DNA of 64,000 nt from an uncultured Akkermansia sp. (GCA_947589345.1 CANQAC010000001.1:54757-118756); one strand, 5' to 3'. Shown: positions 28,084-39,097, counted from the first letter of the stretch. Notes: a model not told the origin generated them from the letters alone. A program made the numbers and translations.

Positions 28084-28382
28084 CGGGACGCGATGCGTGG
28101 TATGTTGTTTCAGAGTAGTCGCACAGAGAGTACTGCACAGAGATATAACGTACTGACTTTGTGGAGTCAACTTCCGCCCTGTGAACAGGTGCGATGCAAG
28201 GCGTTTTGCAAATGGTCGCGGCCAGTCTGATTTTGAGATAATCGTGTTTTCAACGGAAATTTGAGACGGGACTGAATGTATGCAAGCGAATACGCGGGAA
28301 ACATTTCAATGTCGAAGCAACAATGACGAGTCGTGAAAGTTTTTCGTTAGTGAGGGGAGGGCAGAGGAGTAGCGCCCATCGG

Positions 28383-29444
28383 CTAAACTGCGTTCATCGG
28401 TGGGTGCGTTGGATATGGTTGCTGCTGGGTCAGGCAGTGAATAGCTCCGCCTTCCAGTAAAAAGGGACGAGCGTCGATACCCAGGATGTGCATGCCGGGC
28501 ATGGACTCGCGCAGGATGCCAAGTGCCGTATCGTCCTGATTGGGTTGTCCAAAGGTGGGGACCAGAACAGCATGATTGCAAATTAAAAAGTTGGCATAGC
28601 TGGCAGGCAGCTGGTGCAGGCGCCAACCGCTCCGAATAAGTGGGGAGGGCATAGGCAGGGGGATAACTTCCACGCGCGAACCGGAAAGCGTTCGCAGGTC
28701 TTGCAAGCGTTCATGATTCTCCGCGAGGACGTGGTAATTGGGGGAATGGGGATTTTTTTCGGTGACGGCGACCACGACATCTTCGCGCACAAAGCGCACC
28801 ATGTCATCGATATGTCCGTCGGTATCATCCCCTTCAATACCGGCTCCCAGCCAGAAAATTCTTTTGGCGCCAAGCATACGGTGCAATTCGCGCTCGACGT
28901 CAGTTTTGGATAGGCCGGGATTACGGTTGGGGTTGAGCAGCACCGCTTCGGTTGTGAGGATGAGTCCTGAGCCATTGCCTTCGATAGCGCCTCCTTCCAG
29001 AACCACTTGGCTGCTCAGTACGGGTAGGTGCAGGGCAGAGGCCATCCGACCGGCTATTTTATCATCTTGATCCCAGGGGGAGAATTTGGCGCCCCATGCG
29101 TTAAACCGCCAATCCGCAACCTGCAGAGTACCATCGCTGCGTTCCACAAAAATCGCACCGTGATCACGGCACCACACATCATCGCTTGCGTGATCGTAGA
29201 ACTCAATGCCTGAATCGTTACCAAGCAGTGAGCGGATGTGATTTTGCAGCGGGTACTCAGCGTTGATACGCACTGTGGCGTGTTGAGCGATCGCTGCGGT
29301 CAAGCGAGCAAAATGGGGTTCCAGTTGGCGCAGGCCGCCATTCCACAGCTCGTTGCGGTGGGGCCAGGTAAGCCACACAGCGAGCTGGGGCTCCCACTCG
29401 GCCGGCCAGCGAAGCGCATCACCACATTCAGGCTGAGTAATCAT
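28383..29444 (-). CDS. aguA: Agmatine deiminase (PPAD family)
   Basis: WPAEWEP, DVWCRDHG, LEGGAIE, DDTDGHID, YANFLICN, GGAIHCLTQQQP. Confidence 0.93.
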   Translation of the reverse strand: MITQPECGDALRWPAEWEPQLAVWLTWPHRNELWNGGLRQLEPHFARLTAAIAQHATVRINAEYPLQNHIRSLLGNDSGIEFYDHASDDVWCRDHGAIFVERSDGTLQVADWRFNAWGAKFSPWDQDDKIAGRMASALHLPVLSSQVVLEGGAIEGNGSGLILTTEAVLLNPNRNPGLSKTDVERELHRMLGAKRIFWLGAGIEGDDTDGHIDDMVRFVREDVVVAVTEKNPHSPNYHVLAENHERLQDLRTLSGSRVEVIPLPMPSPLIRSGWRLHQLPASYANFLICNHAVLVPTFGQPNQDDTALGILRESMPGMHILGIDARPFLLEGGAIHCLTQQQPYPTHPPMNAV

Positions 29445-29576
29445 ATAAGCACATTAGTATCTGAAGTTTCTCCAAAATGCAAGTGAAAACCGAATCAAAT
29501 GCATTTGTGGAAGCGTGAGAGGGGCATGTTTTCCTTGCTTATTCATGGCAGCTGCGCTATGATGAAAGTCGAAGTT

Positions 29577-30707
29577 ATGGCAAGTGTATTCGGAGAACTC
29601 TTTCGCATCAGTACGTGGGGTGAATCCCACGGCGTCGGTATTGGGGTTGTGGTGGATGGATGCCCGCCCAACATTCCGCTGAGTCGCGAGGTTGTTCAAG
29701 CGGAGTTGGACCGCCGCCGCCCCGGGCAGAGCGCTTTGACAACGCCTCGTAAGGAAACTGATGAGGTGGAGATACTCAGTGGTGTGAGTGATGAGGGAAA
29801 GACGCTTGGGACACCAATTGCGATGCTTGTCCGCAATGCAGATGCAAAAAGTTCGGCGTATGATGAAATGCTGCACAAGTATCGCCCGTCGCATGCTGAT
29901 TACGCTTACGATGCAAAGTATGGGATTCGCGCTGCTGCCGGGGGTGGGCGAGCCAGCGCTCGTGAAACCATCGGGCGCGTGGCTGCTGGCGCTGTGGCGA
30001 AAGCCGTGCTGGCGCAGTTTTGTCCGCAGATGCAGGTTGTGGCTTGGGTGAAGCAGGTGGGCGATATGCGCTGCGAAACGCCTCCGGAGCAGGTGAAAAA
30101 ATCCGTGGTGGAAAGCAACCCGGTGCGCACGGCGGATGCGGCAGCAGCAGAACGGATGGGCGCGGCTATCGAAGCGGCTCGTGGCAAGGGTGACTCGCTG
30201 GGCGGCGTGATAGGCTGTGTGGTGAGGTACGCTCCGGCGGGATTAGGCGACCCCGTCTTTGACAAACTGGAAGCGACGCTCGGACATGCCATGTTGAGCA
30301 TCCCCGCGTGCAAAGGTTTTGAGGTAGGCAGCGGATTCGCCGCAGCTGCAATGTGCGGTTCGCAGCACAATGATGCCTTTTACATGTCCGGGAATGATGT
30401 GCGCACGCGCACCAATCACTCCGGCGGCATTCAAGGAGGCATCAGCAATGGAGAAGATATTGTGATGCAGCTCGCGTTCAAACCGACGGCCACTATTATG
30501 CTGGAACAGGAAACTGTGACGGATGAACGACAGGCCTCCACACTGCGTGGCAAAGGGCGCCATGATCCCTGCGTGTTGCCGCGCGCTGTTCCGATTGTGG
30601 AGTCCATGGCTTGGCTTGTGCTGCTGGATCATGTGCTGCGGCAGCGTGCGCAGTGCGGAGTGATCCCGGAGCCGCGCGCCGCGACGGTGGAAGAGCAGGG
30701 TAATTAG
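29577..30707 (+). CDS. aroC: Chorismate synthase
   Basis: [45 protein letters not shown]. Confidence 0.97.
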   Translation: MASVFGELFRISTWGESHGVGIGVVVDGCPPNIPLSREVVQAELDRRRPGQSALTTPRKETDEVEILSGVSDEGKTLGTPIAMLVRNADAKSSAYDEMLHKYRPSHADYAYDAKYGIRAAAGGGRASARETIGRVAAGAVAKAVLAQFCPQMQVVAWVKQVGDMRCETPPEQVKKSVVESNPVRTADAAAAERMGAAIEAARGKGDSLGGVIGCVVRYAPAGLGDPVFDKLEATLGHAMLSIPACKGFEVGSGFAAAAMCGSQHNDAFYMSGNDVRTRTNHSGGIQGGISNGEDIVMQLAFKPTATIMLEQETVTDERQASTLRGKGRHDPCVLPRAVPIVESMAWLVLLDHVLRQRAQCGVIPEPRAATVEEQGN

Positions 30708-30744
30708 AGCAATGGCCTTGTCCGATGAGCTTGTCTCGGTTAGG

Positions 30745-31224
30745 TCACCGGTTCAATCTGACTTCGGTTGTGCTGCAAATCAGATGGCCCATCATAGCCT
30801 CCTGCACCGCAAAGAGGGCGGCGCGCTGTGCCGGGGAAGCATCCAGGTATCCGTGCAAGTGGGTGAGACCGTGTACGATGTAGCGAATTAGCTCTTCCGG
30901 TTCGGGAATGGAGTGCTGCGTCGCGTAGCGGGCAGCTGTTTCATAGCTCACGATGATTTCGCCGTAGGGGAAAGTGATGACGTCTGTGGCAATGGGGTCA
31001 TTCAGAAAGTCGCCATGGACACGTGCGATAGTTTGATCATCTACGAGTGATATCTCAATTTCCCGCAGAGTAGAGAGCACATGTTGAGGGCCACGTGGCG
31101 TGGCCAGCAGTACGGGCAGCAGCTGCTCAAGGGCTTGCTCACAGGAAGTAGCCCAAGGTCGGGAGGGCCAAGCCGGCTTGCCATGGAGGTAAATGCCAAT
31201 GTGCGGGAGCATAGCGCGGGTCAA
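30745..31224 (-). CDS. ybeY: rRNA maturation endoribonuclease YbeY
   Basis: TDVITF, GEIIVS, HGLTHLHGYLD metal-binding motif; start may be ATG 31212. Confidence 0.88.
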   Translation of the reverse strand: MTRAMLPHIGIYLHGKPAWPSRPWATSCEQALEQLLPVLLATPRGPQHVLSTLREIEISLVDDQTIARVHGDFLNDPIATDVITFPYGEIIVSYETAARYATQHSIPEPEELIRYIVHGLTHLHGYLDASPAQRAALFAVQEAMMGHLICSTTEVRLNR

Positions 31225-31700
31225 TCAGGGCGGTCTTGTTTCTGCTGCGTACGCGCTTGGCGGAAAAAAGAGCGAAACTGTTCGCTGCAGAGTTCTGCTA
31301 AGACTCCGCCTGTTACCGGGCACTTATGATTGAGCGGAGGGTTGCTGTCCAGCAGATGAATCCACCCCCCGCAAGCTCCGCATTTGGGATCAGCCATGCC
31401 GAATACAACGCGCGCCGGCCGGCAATGTACCAGCGCTCCGGCACACATTGGGCAAGGCTCCTTTGTCACATACACCGTGCAGTCCTCCAGTCTCCAATCG
31501 CCCACAGCTGCTTCCGCTGCGGTGATCGCGATCATTTCCGCGTGGGCCGTGGCATCCTTGAGAGTTTCCACCTGATTCCAACCACGAGCAATTACCCTAC
31601 CTTCTTTGACGATGACGCAGCCGCAAGGCACTTCGCCGGCCCGTTCGGCTTTCGCGGCCTCCAGTAGCGCTTGCTGCATGAATTGCTCATCCTCCGACAT
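31221..31700 (-). CDS. tadA: tRNA adenosine(34) deaminase
   Basis: GEVPCG, AHAEM, EPCPMC. Confidence 0.93.
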   Translation of the reverse strand: MSEDEQFMQQALLEAAKAERAGEVPCGCVIVKEGRVIARGWNQVETLKDATAHAEMIAITAAEAAVGDWRLEDCTVYVTKEPCPMCAGALVHCRPARVVFGMADPKCGACGGWIHLLDSNPPLNHKCPVTGGVLAELCSEQFRSFFRQARTQQKQDRPD

Positions 31701-31720
31701 GAGCGCGTGGAAAGCACAGG

Positions 31721-32218
31721 TTAACGCAGGGTGATGCGGGGGTCGTTATCCAACACCTCCTGCAGCTCTTTCCAACCCTCCGGGGTTTGGTTTTGAAACA
31801 TGTGCAGGTAAAGAGACACTACGCCGGCCGGATATTTTTCAAATAATGCATCGACACCAACTTTTAGCTTGTCAGCATCCAATGCAGCAGGCAGATTATC
31901 CACCACTCCCTGTCCATTGTGAGCAATCCCGAGCGTATCTAAGAATGACACAAGCATGTCCGTGTGCTTGCGCACCAACCACACCTGCAGAAGATGATCC
32001 CCTATGGCCTCCGTCGGTTTCCACGCCAACATTTTTTTAAGCCAGGCAAATTGTTCGGCTACCGGTTTTTGACGCACGTAAACCGCTCTGAGTTTCTTGA
32101 GAGCAGCCAGCTCCGTCACCGCCGCGCGGTACACATTACGCTCCTGATTGCGCATCCATTCCAAAAAGACATTCAGCGTCTCCTCGTCGATCTTCTCAAA
32201 AATGGTGTATGACTTCAT
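31721..32218 (-). CDS. Conserved hypothetical protein
   Basis: Coherent 165-aa ORF in an operon with tadA/ybeY; no recognised motif. Confidence 0.7.
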   Translation of the reverse strand: MKSYTIFEKIDEETLNVFLEWMRNQERNVYRAAVTELAALKKLRAVYVRQKPVAEQFAWLKKMLAWKPTEAIGDHLLQVWLVRKHTDMLVSFLDTLGIAHNGQGVVDNLPAALDADKLKVGVDALFEKYPAGVVSLYLHMFQNQTPEGWKELQEVLDNDPRITLR

Positions 32219-32305
32219 GGTGTGAACGAGTGCTACTAAATCATAAATCAACCCGCATAGCAAGAAAAATCAGTACAAGAAAACTGCCTCTGCAACAATG
32301 CAGGC

Positions 32306-32334
32306 TTGCCAATTGTAAGGCAAAGTTGTATAAT
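32306..32334 (+). promoter_or_regulatory. sigma70 promoter of secA
   Basis: TTGCCA-N17-TATAAT. Confidence 0.75.
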
Positions 32335-32383
32335 GACCGGGCGCTCGGCGCGTGGAATAACAAGAAGTACAGAGCAGGAGAAA

Positions 32384-35300
32384 ATGATCAAGTGGATACT
32401 CAACAAGATTGTTGGTTCAAAAAACCAGCGCGAGTTGCGCAGGCTTCGCCCGGTCGTGAAGCGTATCTTGGATAAAGAGAAGGAATGGGAAGAAGAGGAT
32501 GTCGAGTTTTTGCGCAAAAAAACGCGTGAGTGGCAAGCGTATCTGCACCGGTTTAAGCCATTGGATATGCCGCCGCGTGGTATCATTATGGCGGCTGATG
32601 CTGAGGCTTTGCAAGGATACGCCGCGCGGCTTAATAAGCGTTTCGAGGCTCTTGGGGATCTTTTCCCCAAGCTGCCGCATGTGGAGGCCTTGCCGGAAAG
32701 TATTGAGGAGGGGAAGAAGGCCTTCATGGATATTGAACCAAAGTTTGACAAATTGCGCGCCAAGTATCTGGAGACCATATTGCCGGAGGCTTTTGCGGCT
32801 GTGAAGTTGGGTGCGCGTCAACTTTGTGGCAGGACGATTGATGTGTGCGGTACGGCTACGGAGTGGAACATGGTACATTTTGATGTGCAGTTGGTGGGCG
32901 GAGTGGCACTGCACCGTGGATTTATTGCAGAAATGGCAACAGGTGAAGGCAAAACACTGGTAGCGACGCTTCCTGTTTACCTGAATGCACTCACCGGATT
33001 GGGTGTGCATGTGGTCACAGTCAATGACTACCTTGCTCGGCGTGACTCAATGTGGATGGGGGCGCTTTTCAATCATTTGGGACTCACGGTAGGTTGCATT
33101 CAGAGCATGATGCCCAATGACCAACGCCGTGAGCAATATGCTTGCGATATCACTTATGGCACCAATGCCGAGTTCGGTTTTGACTACCTGCGCGACAATG
33201 GTATGGCATCCACTCGGGAGGCCCAAGTGCAGCGCGGACACTACTTCGCAATCATTGATGAGGTGGACTCCATTCTCATTGATGAGGCTCGTACTCCACT
33301 CATCATCTCCGGTCCGGCGGTTGTCGAGATGGAACAACAGTACGACTCCTTGAAGCCAATCATTGAAAAGGTGGTGAAGGCGCAAGTAGAGTTGTGTAAT
33401 CGCCTGATGACAGAAGCTATGGAGTACGCTAAGTCAGGTAATACTGAGGCTGCCGGCCGCTGTTTGTACAAGGTGAAGTTGGGCATGCCGAGGAATCGTG
33501 CTTTCATGCGAAGCCAGCAAGATCCGGAATACCGCCGCATGGTGGAAAAGTACGAAATGCTCTTGCTGCAGGATCCGCGCAAGATTGAGCAGTACAAGCT
33601 TAAGGAAGAGCTCTATTTCTGCGTTGATGAAAAAACTCATGATGCTGATTTGATGGAGCAAGGGAGACAACTGATCAGCCCCGGGCATCCGGAGGCTTTT
33701 GTCCTGCCGGATATTGGTACGGAGTTCGTGAACATTGATGAGGATGAACGTCTCAGCGAACATGAAAAAGAGAAGCGCAAGCAGGCGCTCACCCGCAAGT
33801 TGGAGGAAACCGGCATCCGTCTGCACACCACGAGTCAGCTTCTCAAAGCGTACACGATTTACGAGCGAGATAAAGAATACGTGGTGAAGGAGGGTAAGAT
33901 CATCATTATTGATCAAAATACGGGCCGCGAGATGCCGGGTCGCCGTTGGAGCGAGGGATTGCACCAAGCTGTGGAGGCTAAAGAAGGGGTGACCGTGGAG
34001 GAAGAGAACATGACCTATGCCACCATTACCATTCAAAACTATTTCCGCTTGTACACTCGCTTGGCGGGCATGACTGGCACCGCTGAAACTGAGGCTGCCG
34101 AGTTCCACGATATTTATCGTTTGGATGTGCTCCCGATCCCTACCAATAAGCCCTGCATCCGTGAAGATTTCAATGACCTTATCTTTAAAAGTCGGCGTGA
34201 AAAGTTTAACGCGGTGGTGGCAAAAATTGTCGAGCTACATAAAAAGGGACAGCCCGTGCTTGTTGGTACCGCTAGTGTAGAGGCTTCCGAAACACTCTCC
34301 CGCATGCTCAAAATCGCCAAAATTCCACACGAAGTGTTGAATGCAAAGAATCACCAGCGTGAGGCGGAAATCATCGCTTTGGCCGGTCAGCGCGGAGCTG
34401 TCACTGTATCAACCAACATGGCCGGACGTGGCACCGATATTAAATTGGGAGATGGTGTCGCGGAACTGGGAGGGTTATTTGTTCTGGGTACGGAACGCTA
34501 CGAATCTCGCCGTATTGACCGACAGTTGCGTGGCCGCTGCTCTCGTCAGGGCGATCCCGGTGCATCGCAGTTTTTCTTATCCTTTGAGGATGACTTGATG
34601 CGCAATTTCGGAGGCAGTGAACGAATGACTCGTATCATGGATCGCTTTGGCATGGAAGAAGGGGAGGCCGTAGAAAATCGCCTCATGAATAAGGTAATTG
34701 AAGGGGCGCAGAAACGTGTGGAGCAGCGAAATTACATGTGGCGCAAACATGTGTTGGATTATGATGATGTGATGAATCAGCAGCGCACTATCGTTTACGC
34801 TATGCGTAATGATGCCTTGCTCTGCGAGGAGCCGCGTATCATGCTTTACGAAAATCTTGAAGAAGCGGTGCGCCTTAAATGCGAAAATTATGTGGGAGAC
34901 GAGTTGGATGGCATGGTGCAGGCTGAAGGTTTGTTGCAGTGGGTGAATACCAATTTCCCCATCGGCAAGGGACATGATTCTTCCTGGCTGGAGGGTAAGT
35001 CTGCCGCTGATGCAGCTGAGGCCATTATTACCTTGGTGCATGAGATGTATGAGAAGAAAGTGGGCAGTGAGCGCCCCGATTATGTGGATCGAATGGAGCG
35101 AAGCATCATGTTGCAGGCTATTGATAAGATGTGGCAGCGCCATATCAATGATATGGATGCTCTGCGCGAGGGCGTACGCTTGCGCGCCCAAGGGCAACGA
35201 GATCCTTTGGTGGAATATAAACGCGAGGCGTACGGCCTGTTTGAAACCCTCATGCAGGATATTCAGCTTGACATGATTTCTCGCATGTTCCGCACAACGA

Positions 35301-35611
35301 CCAATTTGAGCGCATTTGAAGATTTCTTGGCGTCTCTGCCGCAGGATCTTGGTGCGAATGATTCTCCCGTTGGCGGCATGGAAGGGGATCTACTGGCCAG
35401 TTTGCGGGGGCAGCTTCAGCACATTCGCGAGCAACAGGAGGCAGCCACCAGCGGCGCCTTGCCAGATGTGGCTCCTGACCGTGAAGAGAAGAAGGTGACA
35501 TTGCCAAATCGCAAGAAAAGGTTAGTGAATATCAAACGTGAAAGTACCCCGGGTAAATCTAACGGAGCCACTCCCACCTATAATCCCGAGGATATACATC
35601 CTTCTCTCTGA
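32384..35611 (+). CDS. secA: Preprotein translocase ATPase SecA
   Basis: AEMATGEGKT, VTVNDYLARRD, IIDEVDSILIDEARTPLIISG, STNMAGRGTDI, QLRGRCSRQGDPG; AGGAG RBS before ATG 32384. Confidence 0.98.
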   Translation: MIKWILNKIVGSKNQRELRRLRPVVKRILDKEKEWEEEDVEFLRKKTREWQAYLHRFKPLDMPPRGIIMAADAEALQGYAARLNKRFEALGDLFPKLPHVEALPESIEEGKKAFMDIEPKFDKLRAKYLETILPEAFAAVKLGARQLCGRTIDVCGTATEWNMVHFDVQLVGGVALHRGFIAEMATGEGKTLVATLPVYLNALTGLGVHVVTVNDYLARRDSMWMGALFNHLGLTVGCIQSMMPNDQRREQYACDITYGTNAEFGFDYLRDNGMASTREAQVQRGHYFAIIDEVDSILIDEARTPLIISGPAVVEMEQQYDSLKPIIEKVVKAQVELCNRLMTEAMEYAKSGNTEAAGRCLYKVKLGMPRNRAFMRSQQDPEYRRMVEKYEMLLLQDPRKIEQYKLKEELYFCVDEKTHDADLMEQGRQLISPGHPEAFVLPDIGTEFVNIDEDERLSEHEKEKRKQALTRKLEETGIRLHTTSQLLKAYTIYERDKEYVVKEGKIIIIDQNTGREMPGRRWSEGLHQAVEAKEGVTVEEENMTYATITIQNYFRLYTRLAGMTGTAETEAAEFHDIYRLDVLPIPTNKPCIREDFNDLIFKSRREKFNAVVAKIVELHKKGQPVLVGTASVEASETLSRMLKIAKIPHEVLNAKNHQREAEIIALAGQRGAVTVSTNMAGRGTDIKLGDGVAELGGLFVLGTERYESRRIDRQLRGRCSRQGDPGASQFFLSFEDDLMRNFGGSERMTRIMDRFGMEEGEAVENRLMNKVIEGAQKRVEQRNYMWRKHVLDYDDVMNQQRTIVYAMRNDALLCEEPRIMLYENLEEAVRLKCENYVGDELDGMVQAEGLLQWVNTNFPIGKGHDSSWLEGKSAADAAEAIITLVHEMYEKKVGSERPDYVDRMERSIMLQAIDKMWQRHINDMDALREGVRLRAQGQRDPLVEYKREAYGLFETLMQDIQLDMISRMFRTTTNLSAFEDFLASLPQDLGANDSPVGGMEGDLLASLRGQLQHIREQQEAATSGALPDVAPDREEKKVTLPNRKKRLVNIKRESTPGKSNGATPTYNPEDIHPSL

Positions 35612-35634
35612 CATCCTGACCTTTCTTTTGTGAA

Positions 35635-36711
35635 ATGGCTGTGAATATACGCTCCGTGCTGGAATATGTTCCCTATTTCCGGGGAAAACTTATGGTGGTG
35701 CACGTAGCCCGGAGTCTTCATGGAGCGGATGAACTTGTGGATGCCTTGTTGGATGCCGACGCCTTGCACGAAATTGGAGTTCGTTTGATACTCGTGGCTG
35801 AGGGGGAGGATTCCGCGGCTTTGCAGCACCGCGCTGATAAGTGCGAGATGCACGCCGCCGTGGCGGATTTGCCGCTTACGGCCGGTGAATGCGCTGTTGC
35901 TCGTGTGCGAGAAATCGTTGAACGACGTCAGGTAGCGATTGTAGCCTCCGGAGTCTCCGGTCGTTTTGACGAGGGCAGTGTTCATCTCGCGGTGCAGCTC
36001 GGCGCTGCAAAATATATCTGTTTGCAGACGGATGAGGTGCCTCGCCGTGAGGGACAACCAATTTTTGCCATCCCGGAGAGTGAGGTGGCAGGGTTAGCTC
36101 CTGACTCATGTTCACATGCGGAGGAATTGCAAGCTGCAGCCGCGGTCTGCCGGAGAGGAATTGCACGTGTACACTTGTTGGATGGGTTGCATCGTGGCGT
36201 ACTGCTGGATGAGCTGTTTTCTGAGGAAGGAGTGGGAACCATGGTGCATGCCGACTCTTACCGCGAGATTCGTCCGTTACAGCGGGACGACATTCCTGAG
36301 CTACTTTCTATGATTGCACGGTGCGTGGCTGACTCTAAACTTGTGCAGAGAACCTACGAAAGTATTCGCGATAATTTACACAGTTATTACGTGTATACAC
36401 TGGACGACACCATTGTCGGCTGTGTGGCATTGTACCCTTACGCCGAGTCTGACTGCGCGGAGTTGGGGTGCCTGTTCATCAAAAAGAATTATGAGGGACA
36501 CGGTTATGGTCGGGCGATGTGCCATTATGTAGAAAAAAAGGCACGTCAACTCGGCTTTCATCGCATCTTTGCTGTCTCTCAGAGCGCCGTTGATTATTTC
36601 CGTGATCGCCTGCATTATAAGCAGATGTCTCGAAGCGAGCTTCCTGCGTCGCGTTTGCTTGCGCTTGAGGAAAGTGGTCGTCACTCGGAAGTGTTCGGGA
36701 GAGACCTTTGA
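35635..36711 (+). CDS. argA: Amino-acid N-acetyltransferase (N-acetylglutamate synthase)
   Basis: Kinase-like N-domain (YVPYFRGK; LLDELFSEEGVGTMV) plus C-terminal GNAT (AELGCLFI..YEGHGYG). Confidence 0.9.
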   Translation: MAVNIRSVLEYVPYFRGKLMVVHVARSLHGADELVDALLDADALHEIGVRLILVAEGEDSAALQHRADKCEMHAAVADLPLTAGECAVARVREIVERRQVAIVASGVSGRFDEGSVHLAVQLGAAKYICLQTDEVPRREGQPIFAIPESEVAGLAPDSCSHAEELQAAAAVCRRGIARVHLLDGLHRGVLLDELFSEEGVGTMVHADSYREIRPLQRDDIPELLSMIARCVADSKLVQRTYESIRDNLHSYYVYTLDDTIVGCVALYPYAESDCAELGCLFIKKNYEGHGYGRAMCHYVEKKARQLGFHRIFAVSQSAVDYFRDRLHYKQMSRSELPASRLLALEESGRHSEVFGRDL

Positions 36712-36789
36712 AAAGCAGTCTCTGCTCTCTGTTGTGAGTCACAGCACTACACGGAGAGACTATACCTCATACGGGTATCGTTTCCCACG

Positions 36790-36815
36790 AAAAAGCGCGC
36801 CATCACGGCGCGCTT
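36790..36815 (-). terminator. Terminator between convergent argA and the pilin-like gene
   Basis: AAGCGCGCC-ATCAC-GGCGCGCTT preceded by an A run. Confidence 0.8.
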
Positions 36816-36846
36816 GATTTAATAAAAACTGGTCGAGGAGCCTTTA

Positions 36847-37611
36847 TCAGGTCTCGGGGGTCAGCACAAGGTGATCTGCGGCGGTAGCGCGGCCGCGCTT
36901 AGTCTCAGGGAAGATATCTTTGCCATCCTTGAAGACGCCGATTTCTTCATTCTCCTCGGTGTCCTCCACGATATCCTGCTGATCCGAAACTGAACCATCG
37001 CTCGACAATACGAAGAAGTGCCCGCGGAATGAAATCATATCAATCTGCAATTTATCGCCGGTATATGGAGTGGCACTCGGGTACACAGAGCACATAGCCA
37101 ACGGAGCGTTGCTTTTGGAAACAGCAATCTTCACATTGTCATCTTGCGGGTCGCGGCGCATCACGTAAGACATGGCGTTTTCCCCGGGACGCAGCGCATT
37201 GCCACTTGCCAGTTTCTCATCGCCTTCCTTTTGGATGACCAGACCGGGCGCAGAGAGCTTGGCGAAGAAAGGTTTCTCGGATTCGACGCCGCTCTTGAAG
37301 AAGAGCTGGCGGAAGTATGCGTTGGAGTGGTCGCCCTTCAAATCGCCGAAGTCACGATCAGTGTTGTCCTCCTGAAGTCGCTCGCCAGTGGCATCGCAGG
37401 GGAAGCTGCCGTTGTCCATCTTGAATTGCTGGAGCAGGGTAAAGACACTTTTGAGGTTGGAGTTGGCCTTTTGGCGGTCGCCATCGTTCATGTGATCAAG
37501 AATGGGACCGTAGCCAATAGAGGCGAGGGTCGCCAGAATAGCAATCACAACCATCAATTCAATGAGGGTGAAGCCACCTTTGCCGGTTTTCTTAAGGATG
37601 GGGGTTTTCAT
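36847..37611 (-). CDS. Type IV pilin / pseudopilin-like protein (prepilin N-terminal cleavage/methylation domain)
   Basis: KKTGKGG|FTLIELMVVIAILATLA class III signal. Confidence 0.9.
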   Translation of the reverse strand: MKTPILKKTGKGGFTLIELMVVIAILATLASIGYGPILDHMNDGDRQKANSNLKSVFTLLQQFKMDNGSFPCDATGERLQEDNTDRDFGDLKGDHSNAYFRQLFFKSGVESEKPFFAKLSAPGLVIQKEGDEKLASGNALRPGENAMSYVMRRDPQDDNVKIAVSKSNAPLAMCSVYPSATPYTGDKLQIDMISFRGHFFVLSSDGSVSDQQDIVEDTEENEEIGVFKDGKDIFPETKRGRATAADHLVLTPET

Positions 37612-37699
37612 AAAGCTGTTTGAACTTCGGGAACAAGTTAGCATGATAGCGGCACGATTGCAAGAAAGAAATTAGCAAAGGTCGAAAAAACTAAAAAAA

Positions 37700-38842
37700 T
37701 CAATCATTTTTTCGGTTCAGGTAGCTGCGAATTCCTTGCTCATAAAGCTCCGGCTCCAGTAGGAAGGAATCATGCCCTTTGCGGGAATGGATACGTACGT
37801 AGTTTGCTGATACCCCCGCTTTGAGTAAGCGCCTGTGGAAAAAAGAAATCTGGCGTGGAGTGAAGCAGCAGTCCGTGTCTATCGAATAGAGCAGAAAGGG
37901 GATGTTGTGTCGGGCATATACGCTATAGGCCGCTTGCAATGAAGATTCTCCACTCAGACTGGGTAGGTCGAAAGATGCCCACATATTGACAATACGTATG
38001 TAGGAATTGGCATCGAAACGTTTGGCGAATTTGGAGCCTTGGTGTATCATGTAGCTTTCCGTGTTGCGCGTGGGCGTGTACCAAGTGAGCAACCCATTTG
38101 GCGAGGTTACGCCGCGGCGCGCGCGTTTCTCCAATCCGCGTTGAAAGACAAAGAGTTTGTGGCAGATAATACGCGCAAGAGCCAATCCTCGCACGGGGGG
38201 GGCTGTCAGCGAGTAGCGACCCGCGCAGTAGTTCGCGTCCAGCTCAATGGCCGCAATTTGCTCAAATACCGAAAGCTTATGCTCAATGGGAGGGAAATCC
38301 GACACTCCGATGAGGATCGCGCTTTTCACTCGCTCCGGGTACATGTGGGCCAACGCTAACGATAGCATGCCTCCCACGCTAGGCCCTACCACAGAAAAGC
38401 GCTGAATGCCCAGCGACTCGAGCAGCTGAACTTGAGCGCGTGCTTGGTCATTGGCTGTTACCATGGGAAATCTGCTTCCCCATACCTCTCCATCCGGTGC
38501 GGTGGAGCAGGGGCCCGAACTCCCGTAACAACTACCCAAGAAGTTAGCGCAAACAATAAAGTAGCGTTCTGTATCCAGGGGCTTACCCGGACCGATCATA
38601 TGATCCCACCAACCGTCGTAATTTTCCGGTTGCCAAAAGCGACCAGCTTCCGGCAGCGTGGTGTTGCGGCCGTGCGCGTGGTGGCTTCCCGTGAGGGCGT
38701 GGAAAAGGAGTACGGCATTGCCGGCATCGGGAGCAAGCGTCCCATACGTTTCATAGGCAAGCTGCATCCCCGGTAATACATCTCCGCTTTCAAAGCGAAA
38801 TTTACCGAGCGGGTATATATGACTGATTACTTCCTCTTCCAT
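37700..38842 (-). CDS. metX: Homoserine O-acetyltransferase
   Basis: YETYGTL, LFHALTGSHH, GPSVGG nucleophile elbow, KGHDSFLLE. Confidence 0.92.
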   Translation of the reverse strand: MEEEVISHIYPLGKFRFESGDVLPGMQLAYETYGTLAPDAGNAVLLFHALTGSHHAHGRNTTLPEAGRFWQPENYDGWWDHMIGPGKPLDTERYFIVCANFLGSCYGSSGPCSTAPDGEVWGSRFPMVTANDQARAQVQLLESLGIQRFSVVGPSVGGMLSLALAHMYPERVKSAILIGVSDFPPIEHKLSVFEQIAAIELDANYCAGRYSLTAPPVRGLALARIICHKLFVFQRGLEKRARRGVTSPNGLLTWYTPTRNTESYMIHQGSKFAKRFDANSYIRIVNMWASFDLPSLSGESSLQAAYSVYARHNIPFLLYSIDTDCCFTPRQISFFHRRLLKAGVSANYVRIHSRKGHDSFLLEPELYEQGIRSYLNRKND

Positions 38843-38867
38843 TGAAATTGGTGCTATGTTGGTATAA

Positions 38868-38895
38868 TAAAAGGCCGGTGAAAAACCACCGGCCT
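38868..38895 (-). terminator. Terminator downstream of rpmJ
   Basis: AGGCCGGTG-AAAAAC-CACCGGCCT with a U tail on the minus strand. Confidence 0.8.
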
Positions 38896-38932
38896 CGCGA
38901 AAAGCTACAGGCTTGTGCGTGTGGCGCCGGGA

Positions 38933-39097
38933 TCACTTGACACCCTTCTTGCTGAGGCGAGTGCCAGCCGTGGCGCCTTGGCGAGCCTTAAACTTGGGGT
39001 TGCTCTTGCAGATAACGTAGAGCGTTCCCTTGCGCTTCACGATCTGGCAGTCAGCGTGGCGGCGCTTCATGGAGGCAAGTGAGGAAAGAACTTTCAT
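38933..39097 (-). CDS. rpmJ: 50S ribosomal protein L36, B-type, 54 aa (not in the ORF track)
   Basis: [54 protein letters not shown], translated manually. Confidence 0.95.
   Translation of the reverse strand: MKVLSSLASMKRRHADCQIVKRKGTLYVICKSNPKFKARQGATAGTRLSKKGVK

Noticed and set aside
28120-28156. GCACAGAGA direct repeat downstream of OMP paralog 2
   Set aside because: Only two 9-bp copies; compatible with chance.
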